Shown here: piece after piece, positions 26,022 to 35,687 of the stretch | Numbering within the stretch: the first letter of the stretch is position 1 | Layout: the number at the start of each line of letters is the position of its first letter | Assembly (NCBI GenBank): GCA_041694815.1 | Contig: JBGFSC010000012.1 | Coordinates: 1-62,745 of the forward strand | DNA from: Elusimicrobiota bacterium | GTDB taxonomy: Bacteria > Elusimicrobiota > Elusimicrobia > UBA1565 > JACRDR01 | Direction: 5' to 3' | DNA: 62,745 bases | Program-made: the position numbers and the translations under genes | The notes under the pieces: generated by a model | Told to the model about the DNA's origin: nothing | What the model saw: only the letters and a program-made list of their open reading frames with translations | The model's database searches: none

Positions 26022-28708
26022 GGCTAAGCCACGCGGGCCGCTATTGCACCTTCCTGCTATTTCTGACCCTTCTGACCGCGGTCTCGAGCGGGAATAACCT
26101 GCTCTATCTGCTGGCCAGCTCCTTGGCCGCTCTGTTTGCCGTGGGGGCGGCATGGGGCCGGCGGCTGTTGGGAGGGCTCCAATGCCAGATGGACGCCCGC
26201 GCGAGCGCCGCGCGGGGCGCGGAAACCTCGGTGCCGGTGTTCGTGCGCAATGGCGGGCCCTTCACGGCCTTCGACATCCGCTTCGCCCACGATCCGGAAA
26301 GCCAGATCGACTCCTTGGCGCCGGGCGAAAGCAGGACGCTCTTGCTCCGCTGCCGATTGCCCCACCGGGTCAATGCGTTTACGGGCCTTCATCTGGAGAG
26401 CCGGCATCCCTTCGGCCTGCTGGTACACCGCCGCCGCGTCGAGGGGCTAATCGTAAGGACCAAGCGCGAGTCGCCTCCCCAGGCCGCAAAGAGGGGGGAA
26501 GACGAGTTTTATGGCGTGCGGGAATACACCGAAAGCGAGGATTCGCGCAGGATCAATTGGAAGCTCACCGCGCGGACGGGGCGGCCGATGGTCAACGAGT
26601 ACCGCGGCGCCTCGAACGCGCCGCTCGCGCCGCCTCGAGGCGATGGCGAGCCCGAGGAGAATGTGCCGGGCCTCGCCGAACTCAAGCCTCTCGCCGGGGC
26701 GCAGCTCCCCCCGGCTCCGGACGCCGCGCGCTGGCTGACGAGGGCTGCGGGACTGCTGGTTTACGCCTCACTCTTCTTGCTCGACGAACTCCCGCCGCGT
26801 CGACTCTTAGCCTTGGGCCCCTTGTTGGCGGCCGGGCTTTGGCTCGAATACCGCGGGGGGCCCTGGCTCCCGCGGCGCGTGGGCGACGCGGTTTCGCTCG
26901 TCGTACTAGCCTTCATCCTTCTCGTCGATTGGCGCCACGCGGGCGTCACCGTCGCGGTGACCCATCTTTTGGCCTACATCCTACTCAACCGCAGCTTGAG
27001 CGCTCTCGATTCGGCCGGCACCGTCTTTTTCGTCTACTTCCTCAATTTCCTGCTGATCTCGGGGCAGACGATCAGCCTATGGTATTTCGCGTCTTTCCTG
27101 GCTTTCTTCGCCCTCTCGGGACTGTGGCTCTGCTTCGCGGAATCGGGACTCCGCTGGGAACCGACCCGACGGTGGGCGCCTTCGCTTGCCGCGCTTCTTT
27201 GCAGCGCCTTACTCTTATCGGCGGGAGCCTTCGCCGCCATCCCGAGACTGGAGCCGCGATACCGTCTTAACCCTATGGCTGCCCTGGGACTCGACAAGAT
27301 GCGGGCCACCCAAGAGTCGACCGTGGCCTTCTCGGAACAGGTCTCGCTGGGTTTCTTCGGCCGACTCAAGCGATCGAGCGTGCGGGCCCTTCGAGTAACG
27401 CCCGTGGAAGCCCCTCCTTCCGGAGGGCTGCTCATCCGGGGGACGGCCTACGATCGTTTCGACGGCAGGTCCTGGAGTCGCTCGCGGGCCGACTTTCGCT
27501 ACCGCTTCCGCGGCCGTACCCTCGCCAGCGCGGGAGGACGCGGCTGGTCCGTCCAGCGGGAGGGAAAGGCTATCTTCCCGGTTTCGAAAGCTCCGAAAAG
27601 CCGGGCCTTCGATTTCACCGTTTATCCGATGAACCTTTCCGTGCTCTTTTCGCCCGGAACGTTCGACGCGGTCGAGGGGAGCGCGGCCCCGCTGTCCTTT
27701 GATCATACCGACAGTGCCTACTTCGCCCAACCCCATTCGGCGGGCGCGCGCTACCGGGTGTCGGCCGGCCCGGGAAAACGGCTTAGCGATTCGATGCTGG
27801 ACTACGAGCGGCTGCTGCGCGAGCGTTACCTCCAATTGCCGCGCAATCTCGACCGACGTATCCCTGCCATGGCCCGCGACTGGGCGGGCGCGGCGGAACA
27901 AGGCGAAAAGGCCGAAACCGTCGTGGAGCTGTTGCGCCGGCGTTACGACTACTCGACCTTCTCGAGCGCCAAGCGCCACAGCTTGGAGGAATTCCTGTTC
28001 GACACCCGCAGCGGCAATTGCGAGTATTTCGCAAGCGCCGCCGCGATCCTGCTGCGCACCCTAGGCATTCCGACGCGGCTAGTCACGGGCTTTGCCGCGT
28101 CCGACTGGAACGAGTTCGGCGGCTTTTGGGACATCCGGCAGTCGGACGCGCACGCCTGGATAGAAGCGTACCTCCCGCCGCGCGGCTGGATCGCCTTCGA
28201 CCCGACCCCGCCTTCCGAAACGCTGCGCTCTACCCTAATCGGTCGATGGCGGCGCTACGTGGAGGCTATGGAAGGGCGCTGGTATCGGCATGTTATCGGC
28301 TACGACCAGTACACCCAACGCAACACCTTTTACCGGGCCAAGCTTCGGCTGGAGAAGATCGATTTTCCGGCAGCGCTGCGCCGCTGGAAACCGGCCTGGA
28401 CCATCCTTCTTTGTGCCGCGGGACTCAGCCTGGCGCGGCTCCTTTGGCGCGCTCGCGTGAAGGCTCGCCGCTGCGCGACGGCCTTCGACCAAGCCCAGCG
28501 CTGGCTGGAGAAATCGGGCCTGCCGCGCCAACCCCACCAGACCCCCCTGGAATACGCGCGGTCGATTTGCTCGCTGCGCCCCGAGCTTAGCGACCTGCTC
28601 GCGTTGGCCCACGCCCACTATCGGGCGGTCTACGGGCCCGGCCCCGGGCCCGAGGAGCGCCGCGAGTGCGAGCGGCGGCTCGCCCGCCTTCGGGAATTAG
28701 TAGAATGA
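26018..28708 (+). CDS. Fusion of a shortened DUF58 to a TgpA-like membrane transglutaminase
   Basis: GEDEFYGVREY...RRINWKLTAR, multi-TM region, GNCEYFA / HAWIE / FDPTP Cys-His-Asp triad, QTPLEYA tail. Confidence 0.85.
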   Translation: MRLSHAGRYCTFLLFLTLLTAVSSGNNLLYLLASSLAALFAVGAAWGRRLLGGLQCQMDARASAARGAETSVPVFVRNGGPFTAFDIRFAHDPESQIDSLAPGESRTLLLRCRLPHRVNAFTGLHLESRHPFGLLVHRRRVEGLIVRTKRESPPQAAKRGEDEFYGVREYTESEDSRRINWKLTARTGRPMVNEYRGASNAPLAPPRGDGEPEENVPGLAELKPLAGAQLPPAPDAARWLTRAAGLLVYASLFLLDELPPRRLLALGPLLAAGLWLEYRGGPWLPRRVGDAVSLVVLAFILLVDWRHAGVTVAVTHLLAYILLNRSLSALDSAGTVFFVYFLNFLLISGQTISLWYFASFLAFFALSGLWLCFAESGLRWEPTRRWAPSLAALLCSALLLSAGAFAAIPRLEPRYRLNPMAALGLDKMRATQESTVAFSEQVSLGFFGRLKRSSVRALRVTPVEAPPSGGLLIRGTAYDRFDGRSWSRSRADFRYRFRGRTLASAGGRGWSVQREGKAIFPVSKAPKSRAFDFTVYPMNLSVLFSPGTFDAVEGSAAPLSFDHTDSAYFAQPHSAGARYRVSAGPGKRLSDSMLDYERLLRERYLQLPRNLDRRIPAMARDWAGAAEQGEKAETVVELLRRRYDYSTFSSAKRHSLEEFLFDTRSGNCEYFASAAAILLRTLGIPTRLVTGFAASDWNEFGGFWDIRQSDAHAWIEAYLPPRGWIAFDPTPPSETLRSTLIGRWRRYVEAMEGRWYRHVIGYDQYTQRNTFYRAKLRLEKIDFPAALRRWKPAWTILLCAAGLSLARLLWRARVKARRCATAFDQAQRWLEKSGLPRQPHQTPLEYARSICSLRPELSDLLALAHAHYRAVYGPGPGPEERRECERRLARLRELVE

Positions 28709-28712
28709 CCGC

Positions 28713-29981
28713 GTGAAGCTGCACGTCATTTCCTTCGGCTGTCAGATGTCGGCAGCCGATTCCGAGGAGATGTCCGCCCACTTGATGGCGCGCGGCTTCT
28801 CTACCACCCGCCGGCTGGAGTCGGCCGACGCGCTGCTGCTTAACACCTGCACGATCCGCCAGCACGCCGAGGACCGGGTCCTCTCCCTGCTCGGCAGGCT
28901 CAAGCCCTGGAAACGAGAACGCCCCGAGAGGCTGCTCATCGTCGCCGGGTGCGCGGCCGAACGCCTGGGAGGCTGGATCCGCAGGAAATTCCCGCATGTC
29001 GACCTGGTCGTGGGGGCGAAGTCGATCGAACAGGTGCCTTCCCTGCTCGATGACGCGCTCGCAGGCCGCTTCGATTGGGAGCGCGAGAATCGCGGCGTTT
29101 GGGGCCGGCCGCAGGCCTGGCCGAATTCCAACGTCTCTCAGTACGTCACCATCATGAGGGGCTGCAACTATTCCTGCAGCTACTGCATCGTGCCGGCCGT
29201 CCGGGGGCGCGAGTCCTACCGCCCGATGGAGGCGGTCCTGGCGGAGGTGCGCGGGCGGGCGGCCTCCGGGGCCCGGGAGGTCATGCTGCTCGGCCAGACG
29301 GTCAACAGCTATCGGCCCGCCGTGGGAGTGGACTTTTCGCTGCTGCTCAAAACCGTCGATGCCGTCGCCGGGATCGAGAGGATCCGCTTCATGAGCCCCC
29401 ACCCCTATTACCTCGACGAACGGCAGATCGAGGCCATGGCCGGCTGCGCGAAGCTCTGTCGGCACCTGCACTTGCCGGTGCAGTCGGGCTCCGACGCCGT
29501 CCTGGAGCGCATGCGCCGCAATTACACCGCCGACGAATACCTGGAAAAGGTCCGGCGCCTGCGCGACGCCATGCCCGGCGTCGCGATCACCACGGATTTC
29601 ATCGTGGGATTTCCCGGAGAGACCGAAGAGGATTTCCAGCGCACGCTCGAGCTCGCGCGGGAACTCGACCCCTGCTCGGCCTATTGCTTCGCCTTCTCGC
29701 CCCGCGCGGGCACTCCCGCGGCGAAAATGAAGGGTCAAGTTCCCGCGGCGGTGCGCCAGGAGCGCCTGCGGCGGCTCCTAAGCCAGGTGGAAAAACGGAT
29801 GCAGGAGCACCTAGGGGCGTGGATCGGCAAGAAGGTGCGCGTGCTGCTTGAAGACGAGCGGCACGGGCGAACCGAAGAGTTCTTCAAGGCGCGCCTGAGC
29901 CGGCCGGCCCAAGCCGGGCAAATCATCGAGGGCACCGTCGCCGCCGCCACGCGCACGGCCCTTTCCGTCTCCTGCGATTAA
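28713..29981 (+). CDS. miaB: tRNA methylthiotransferase MiaB
   Basis: FGCQM, NTCTIR, GCNYSCSYC, HLPVQSGSD, DFIVGFPGET. Confidence 0.9.
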   Translation: MKLHVISFGCQMSAADSEEMSAHLMARGFSTTRRLESADALLLNTCTIRQHAEDRVLSLLGRLKPWKRERPERLLIVAGCAAERLGGWIRRKFPHVDLVVGAKSIEQVPSLLDDALAGRFDWERENRGVWGRPQAWPNSNVSQYVTIMRGCNYSCSYCIVPAVRGRESYRPMEAVLAEVRGRAASGAREVMLLGQTVNSYRPAVGVDFSLLLKTVDAVAGIERIRFMSPHPYYLDERQIEAMAGCAKLCRHLHLPVQSGSDAVLERMRRNYTADEYLEKVRRLRDAMPGVAITTDFIVGFPGETEEDFQRTLELARELDPCSAYCFAFSPRAGTPAAKMKGQVPAAVRQERLRRLLSQVEKRMQEHLGAWIGKKVRVLLEDERHGRTEEFFKARLSRPAQAGQIIEGTVAAATRTALSVSCD

Positions 29982-30026
29982 TTTCTTGAACCGGTTGGAT
30001 ATACTTGATATGCTAAGAGTTACCGC

Positions 30027-30530
30027 ATGAAACACCGCAACGGGACTGCGAGCAGCGAACGACGCCGCCACGCGCGCTTCACCGTGACGAACGTCGTAGA
30101 GCCGATCACGCTTCGATATGCGCCGCCCAAGGACGCCAAGGGTAAGGGAAGGCTGGCCGCCGTCCAAAGCCTTACCCAGCCGGCCATCCTCACCGACCTT
30201 TCCGGGGGCGGCATGTCCTTAATCACCTTCCTGGCCCCGCCTCATACCAAGCGGCTCGACATGATACTCGAGATTCCCGGCCTCGACCGTATTCCGGTCG
30301 TAGGCAAGGTGGTGCGCGTCCACGAGAAGGGCGAGACATTCGTCGTGGGCATCCAATTCACCAAGATCTTGCGACGGCACCAGCAGCGCATTAACGACAT
30401 GGCCGCAGACAACCTCGATTGCGAGACCCGGCTGGCCCTCTCCCTGCCAGAGGCCTGCGTCCGCGGCTGCCGCTTCCACACGCTCTGCCACAAGCCGCAG
30501 AAGGCGCCGCATTGGCCGAAACGTTCGTAA
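30027..30530 (+). CDS. PilZ-domain protein with Cys/His-rich tail
   Basis: ERRRHAR (RxxxR) and DLSGGG (DxSxxG). Confidence 0.8.
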   Translation: MKHRNGTASSERRRHARFTVTNVVEPITLRYAPPKDAKGKGRLAAVQSLTQPAILTDLSGGGMSLITFLAPPHTKRLDMILEIPGLDRIPVVGKVVRVHEKGETFVVGIQFTKILRRHQQRINDMAADNLDCETRLALSLPEACVRGCRFHTLCHKPQKAPHWPKRS

Positions 30531-31468
30531 ACGCCCCGATCATAGCCGTCGTCGGACCCACCGCCTCCGGCAAGACCGCCCTAGCCCTCGAGCTGGCCCG
30601 CCGATGGGACGCGGAATTGATCTCGGCCGATTCGCGGCAGATGTACCGGCTGCTCGACGCCGGCACCGCGAAGCCGGAAGGCCTTTGGGGCGAGGAGGCC
30701 GCAAGACGCGTGTTCCGGGTCGAAGGCATCGCGTACCACCTAGTGGACATACTCGACCCGGGGGAAGGGGTCGACGCCGGACGATTCGCCGCCTTGGCCC
30801 AGGAAACCGCGCGGGGCGTCGCGGCAAGGGGAAAACGCGCGATCTTCGTCGGGGGGACGGGGCTGTACCTGCGCGCCGCCTTGGGAGGCCTCGACCCTCT
30901 GCCCCGTCGGGACGCCGGGGTCCGCGAGAAGCTCGCGGAGCTCGCCGAGGCCAACGGCCGGCATTGGCTTCATGAGCGCCTTGCCCAGGTAGATCCCCAA
31001 GCCGCCCGTCGCATTCCCCCCAATAATATCCATCGGGTCGTGCGGGCCTTGGAGGTGTTCGAATTGACCGGCCGGCCGATCTCTTCCTTATGGTCCGGTG
31101 GCCGGCAAGACAAGGCCGTCTACATAGGGATCTCCTGGCCCCAGTCCGAACTGGCCGAACGCATCCGTAGCCGCTGCCAGTCCATGTTTCCGGCCATCCT
31201 CGAGGAGGTCCGGAATTTGGTGCCGTCCCGCTACAGCGGCAAGGAGCCGGGCTTTCAAAGCATCGGCTATCCCGAGGCCTTGTCCTGCCTGCGCGGGGAA
31301 CGTTCGGCCGAATCCGCTTTGTCGCTTTTCATCCGCTCGACGCTTGGCCTAGCGAAACGACAGGCCACATGGTTCAGGCGCCAGGCCTCCGTGCGTTGGA
31401 TCGACGCGGGGGACGGCGAACCTCGTCGTTGGGCGGACCAAGCGCAAGAATGGAAAAAGTCCTATTAG
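30512..31468 (+). CDS. miaA: tRNA dimethylallyltransferase
   Basis: GPTASGKT, DSRQMY, GTAKP, VGGTGLY, AKRQATWFR; TTG start inferred. Confidence 0.92.
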   Translation: MAETFVNAPIIAVVGPTASGKTALALELARRWDAELISADSRQMYRLLDAGTAKPEGLWGEEAARRVFRVEGIAYHLVDILDPGEGVDAGRFAALAQETARGVAARGKRAIFVGGTGLYLRAALGGLDPLPRRDAGVREKLAELAEANGRHWLHERLAQVDPQAARRIPPNNIHRVVRALEVFELTGRPISSLWSGGRQDKAVYIGISWPQSELAERIRSRCQSMFPAILEEVRNLVPSRYSGKEPGFQSIGYPEALSCLRGERSAESALSLFIRSTLGLAKRQATWFRRQASVRWIDAGDGEPRRWADQAQEWKKSY

Positions 31469-32697
31469 TCGGCGTCGCCAAAAAAGGCCGACAGGGCGAC
31501 GGCCACAGCCTCGAGGAGCTGCGCCGCCTGACGGAGACGGCGGGGGGGCGGGTCGTAGCTAGCGTGCAGCAGCGCCTGGAGCGCCTCCGCCCGGACCTGC
31601 TCATCGGCTCCGGGAAAGCGGCGGAGATCGCGGCCATAGTCCGCGACAGCGGAGCCAAGACGGTCATCTTCGACGAGGAACTGAGCGCCGCCCAGCAGAA
31701 ATCGCTGGAGGAGACGCTCGGCGCCAAGATTCTCGACCGTACGCGCCTCATATTGGACATTTTCGCCAGCCGCGCCAGAACCCGGGAAGGCGAGCTCCAA
31801 GTGGAGCTAGCGCAGCTCTCCTATCTACTGCCGCGCCTGACGGGCTCTTGGCGCGGCTTCTCCCAGCAGGTGGGCGGCATCGGGACCCGCGGTCCCGGCG
31901 AGCGCAAATTGGAATACGAGCGCCGCCACATCCGGCGCCGCATCGAGACCCTAAGGCGGGACATCGAACGCCTGCGCAAGCAGCGCGGGGTCCAGCGCCA
32001 TCGGAGGCGCTCGGTCCCCGTGCCGCAAGTGGCGCTGGTGGGATACACGAACGTCGGCAAATCCTCGCTGCTCAACGCGTTGACCGGCAAGGAGGCCGCC
32101 CTTGCCGACGACAAGCTCTTCGCCACCCTCGACCCTACCACGCGCCGGGCGCGGCTGCCACGAGGGGGGTGGGCCGTATTCACGGACACCGTCGGCTTCA
32201 TCCAAAAGCTCCCGACGGCGCTCATCGCCGCATTTCGCTCGACCCTGGAAGAAGCAGCGCTCGCCGATTGTCTCGTCCACGTGTTGGATGCCACCGCCGA
32301 AGACCTAGAGACTCAAAAGCGGACGGTCGAATCCGTGCTCGGGGAGCTCTCGGCCAACCGGCTCCCTTGCGTGGAGGCCCTTAACAAGGCCGATCTCTTG
32401 AGCGTCCCGGACCTGCAGAAGCTCCAACGACGCCACCCGGAGGCGGTGCCCATCTCGACGCGCACGGGCCGGGGGCTCGGCCAACTCCTCAAGCGCATCG
32501 AAGAGGCCCTGCGCGGGCGCTGGCTGCTTCGCGAGATCGACTTGGCCGCAAGCCAGGCGGGGCTATTGGCCGACATCTACGCCTGTTCCCAGGTCCTGGA
32601 GCGGAGCCAACGGGGCGAGAAGCTTCGCCTGAAGCTTCGGATCACGCAGGAAAACTGGAAAAGGCTGATGTTCTATGCTACACTCGCGGTTCGATGA
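31450..32697 (+). CDS. hflX: GTPase HflX
   Basis: ILDIFASRA, GGIGTRGPGE, GYTNVGKS, DTVGF, NKAD. Confidence 0.95.
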   Translation: MEKVLLVGVAKKGRQGDGHSLEELRRLTETAGGRVVASVQQRLERLRPDLLIGSGKAAEIAAIVRDSGAKTVIFDEELSAAQQKSLEETLGAKILDRTRLILDIFASRARTREGELQVELAQLSYLLPRLTGSWRGFSQQVGGIGTRGPGERKLEYERRHIRRRIETLRRDIERLRKQRGVQRHRRRSVPVPQVALVGYTNVGKSSLLNALTGKEAALADDKLFATLDPTTRRARLPRGGWAVFTDTVGFIQKLPTALIAAFRSTLEEAALADCLVHVLDATAEDLETQKRTVESVLGELSANRLPCVEALNKADLLSVPDLQKLQRRHPEAVPISTRTGRGLGQLLKRIEEALRGRWLLREIDLAASQAGLLADIYACSQVLERSQRGEKLRLKLRITQENWKRLMFYATLAVR

Positions 32698-33329
32698 GCC
32701 CGTGCTCCCTGGGCCCTTTTGCCTTATTTATCCTGAGCTATTTGGCTGGAGGCATCCCTACCGGCTATCTTCTGGCGCGATGGCTCAAAGGAATCGACAT
32801 ACGCGAGCATGGCTCCGGCAACCCGGGGGCCGCCAATGTCTACCGCATCGTCGGGCGGACAGCTGGGGGACTCACGCTTTTCGTCGATGCCTTAAAGGGT
32901 TTTTTTCCCGTACTGCTGGCCCGGCAATGCTTCCCGCAAGACTATAACATCCAGATCGCTTGCGGGGCGTTAGCGATCCTGGGCCATGTCTGGACCATCT
33001 TCCTGAATTTCCGAGGCGGCAAGGGAGTCGCCACCTCCGCTGGTGTTTTCGTGGCACTGTTGCCGCGTCCCATCCTCGGGGCGCTTGCCGTCTTCGCGCT
33101 CGGAGTGACCCTGACGGGCCACATTTCCGTCGGTTCGATGTCGGCGGCATTAGTATTCCCGTTTTTGGCCTGGGCTCTCCAGGAGCCTCTGCCCTTGACG
33201 CTGATGGCCGCGGCGGTATGCACCCTCATCCTCGTCAAGCATATTCCGAATTTTAAACGGCTCGTCCTCGGCAAGGAGCTCCATTTCAGCCACGGCTCTC
33301 ACCTTGAAAAATCCGAAAAAAAACAATAA
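32694..33329 (+). CDS. plsY: Glycerol-3-phosphate acyltransferase PlsY
   Basis: DIREHGSGNPGAANVYR, FRGGKGVAT, KHIPN. Confidence 0.95.
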   Translation: MSPCSLGPFALFILSYLAGGIPTGYLLARWLKGIDIREHGSGNPGAANVYRIVGRTAGGLTLFVDALKGFFPVLLARQCFPQDYNIQIACGALAILGHVWTIFLNFRGGKGVATSAGVFVALLPRPILGALAVFALGVTLTGHISVGSMSAALVFPFLAWALQEPLPLTLMAAAVCTLILVKHIPNFKRLVLGKELHFSHGSHLEKSEKKQ

Positions 33330-34311
33330 GATTTGCGTGTTGGGCGCCGGGTTGTGGGGAACGGTACTAGCCAATCACCTGGCGGGCAAAGGCGTCGCTG
33401 TCTGGCTCTGGGAGTTCTTTCCCCAGCTGGCGCGCGACCTAGAGGCGAAGCGCCGGCATCCGCATATTCCCCAGCTGGAGCTTTCCCCTAAGATACGCGT
33501 TAGCTCCGATATCGGGGCTTCGGCTCGGGACGCCTTCGTGCTGGTCGTAGCCCTCCCTTCAGCGCATGTCCGGCCCGCCGCTCGGGCCCTACGCGGGTTG
33601 CTGGCCCGGGCGGCTCCGAAACCCGTGCTGGTCAGCGCGTCGAAGGGTGTGGAGCCGGCGAGCCTGCTAACGATCGGCGAGGTCCTGGAGGAGGAGCTTC
33701 CGTTTCTCAAGGGCTCGATTTACGCCCTTTCGGGCCCCAGCCTCGCGCGCGAGGTCGCGCGCGGCGTCGCCACGAAGCTGGTACTGGCGGGACGTTTGAA
33801 CGCAGCGGCTAAGCGGCTGCGTGAGCTCTTCGACGGGGGAGAACTTCGAGTCGAGCTTAGCTCCGACCGCAAAGGGGTGGAATTGGGCGGTTCGCTCAAG
33901 AACGTCGTCGCCATCGGCTGCGGCCTGCTCGACGGCCTCAAAGCGGGCGCCAACACCAAGGCGGCGCTGCTTATCCAGGGCATCGCCGAAATGGATCGCC
34001 TTATTCGCTCCGAGGGCGGCAAGCCCGACACGGTTTACGGACTATCCGGGTTGGGTGACCTGGTGGCCACGGGCACCTCTCCCGAGTCCCGCAACCGCGC
34101 CCTGGGGGAAAAACTGGGCGCGGGAATTCCGTTCCAAGAGGCAATGCGCCAGATCGCGACGGTCAAGGAGGGGGTGGAGTCGGCCCGCAGCGCCCATGAG
34201 ATCATACGCTCCAAAAAGATTTCGGCGCCGCTCATGGAATCGGTCTGGAAGATCGTCCACCGCGGCGCGCCCCCGCGGCTGATCCTGGAAGCGCTGGGAT
34301 TTCAACGATGA
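33304..34311 (+). CDS. gpsA: NAD(P)H-dependent glycerol-3-phosphate dehydrogenase
   Basis: GAGLWG, SKG, LSGPS, LKNVVAI, GLGDLVAT, SRN. Confidence 0.93.
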   Translation: MKNPKKNNKICVLGAGLWGTVLANHLAGKGVAVWLWEFFPQLARDLEAKRRHPHIPQLELSPKIRVSSDIGASARDAFVLVVALPSAHVRPAARALRGLLARAAPKPVLVSASKGVEPASLLTIGEVLEEELPFLKGSIYALSGPSLAREVARGVATKLVLAGRLNAAAKRLRELFDGGELRVELSSDRKGVELGGSLKNVVAIGCGLLDGLKAGANTKAALLIQGIAEMDRLIRSEGGKPDTVYGLSGLGDLVATGTSPESRNRALGEKLGAGIPFQEAMRQIATVKEGVESARSAHEIIRSKKISAPLMESVWKIVHRGAPPRLILEALGFQR

Positions 34312-34880
34312 GCAAGGAAGGCGAGGAAAAACACGGCTCACAGGAGAAAGAGGTCCGCATCTATTCGTTGGCGACGACCGTCAACGAGTGCATCATCTTT
34401 CTCGAGGAGGTCAAGGGGAACCGCCTACTACCGATTTGGATCGGCCTCAACGAAGGCCAGGCGATCGCGATCCGCTTCTCGGGCATCGTGCTCCCCAGGC
34501 CCCTGACCCATGACCTGCTGTTATCGGCGGTCAAGATGCTGGGCTGGAACGTGAACAAGGTGGTCGTCAACGATCTCAAGGAGAACACCTTTTACGCCCA
34601 GATATACCTGAAGAAGAGCAGCCAAGAGACGATCATCGATTCCCGCCCCTCGGACGCCATCGCCGTGGCCGTCCGGGCCGGCTGCGCCATCTACGTGGAA
34701 GAGAGGGTATTCCAGCGCTGCAAGGTGCTCAGCAAGCCGATCTCGGAGGGCGAGGTCAAGAAATTTAAGGAGGAGCTCAAGAACCTCCGCCCCGAGGATA
34801 TCTTCAAGGAACTCAAGGAAAAAGAGAAAGGAAAGGAGAAAAAAGGCCCCGAAAAAGAAGGAGAGAAAGACGATGAATAG
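34308..34880 (+). CDS. Bifunctional nuclease family protein (DUF151)
   Basis: LPIWIG, PRPLTHDL, IDSRPSDAIAVA. Confidence 0.92.
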   Translation: MSKEGEEKHGSQEKEVRIYSLATTVNECIIFLEEVKGNRLLPIWIGLNEGQAIAIRFSGIVLPRPLTHDLLLSAVKMLGWNVNKVVVNDLKENTFYAQIYLKKSSQETIIDSRPSDAIAVAVRAGCAIYVEERVFQRCKVLSKPISEGEVKKFKEELKNLRPEDIFKELKEKEKGKEKKGPEKEGEKDDE

Positions 34881-35133
34881 ACTCGACATCATAAAGGCCG
34901 TCGCCAAGATTCTTTCCACGAAGGGCGAGGCTGCGCGCGCAGTGGAGACGACCTTCGAGACGATCCGGCAAGCGCTCAACAATAACGAGAAGGTGGTGAT
35001 CTCTAATTTCGGCACCTTCCGGGTTAAGGCGCGCCAAGCGAGGCAGGGACGCAATCCGAAGACCGGCGCGACCGTGACCGTGCCACCCAGGAAGGGCATC
35101 CGCTTCAAGGCCTCCAGAAACCTCTTGTCTTAG
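34873..35133 (+). CDS. hup: HU/IHF-family DNA-binding protein
   Basis: NFGTFRV...ARQGRNPKTG...FKAS. Confidence 0.93.
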   Translation: MNRLDIIKAVAKILSTKGEAARAVETTFETIRQALNNNEKVVISNFGTFRVKARQARQGRNPKTGATVTVPPRKGIRFKASRNLLS

Positions 35134-35140
35134 GCCGGCG

Positions 35141-35503
35141 ATGGAATGGACTCAACCGCTGCTCCCGGATAAGGAGTTCTTCAACATGGGCGAGGCCTGC
35201 CGGCTGACGCAATTACCTCCCCATACTCTGCGCTATTGGGAGTCACGGACACGCTTGCTCAAGCCCGTGCGGCTCGTCAGCGGCCATCGCCGCTACCGCC
35301 GAGAGGATTTGGAAACCCTGTTTCAATTGAAGGAGCTGCTTCGAGATCGGAGCATGACCTTGGCCGGCGCCCGCCGGGCCATGCTCCGCCAGGCGCGCGG
35401 GGGCCTTGCCGCTCGCGCGGCCGCCGGCAGGCCCGACGCCACGATGAAAATCCTGCGCGAACTGCGGGCGGATCTGCGCGGTATTCTGTCTGAGTTGTCG
35501 TGA
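35141..35503 (+). CDS. MerR-family HTH regulator
   Basis: PDKEFFNMGEA...HTLRYWE...GHRRY; common HU/IHF-merR-tRNA-Pro order. Confidence 0.88.
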   Translation: MEWTQPLLPDKEFFNMGEACRLTQLPPHTLRYWESRTRLLKPVRLVSGHRRYRREDLETLFQLKELLRDRSMTLAGARRAMLRQARGGLAARAAAGRPDATMKILRELRADLRGILSELS

Positions 35504-35536
35504 AAGGCGCGCGCGGCACGGTCGGAACACTAGATC

Positions 35537-35608
35537 CGGGGAGTGGCTCAATGGTAGAGCGCTCGCTTGGGGTGCGAGAGGCTCCGGGTTCGATTCCCGG
35601 CTCCCCGA
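35537..35608 (+). tRNA. tRNA-Pro(GGG)
   Basis: CGGGGAG/CTCCCCG acceptor stem, CTCGC-TTGGGGT-GCGAG anticodon arm, GGTTCGATTCC; no encoded CCA. Confidence 0.95.
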
Positions 35609-35611
35609 ATC

Positions 35612-35687
35612 TGGTGCCAGGTATTGAGTGACTTTGTCCAGCTCGAATTAATTCCAGTAAGTCAAAGTTAGTCAATGCCTGGCACCA
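35612..35687. repeat. Long imperfect inverted repeat (REPIN/MITE-like)
   Basis: TGGTGCCAGGTATTGAGTGACTTTG ... CAAAGTTAGTCAATGCCTGGCACCA. Confidence 0.7.
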
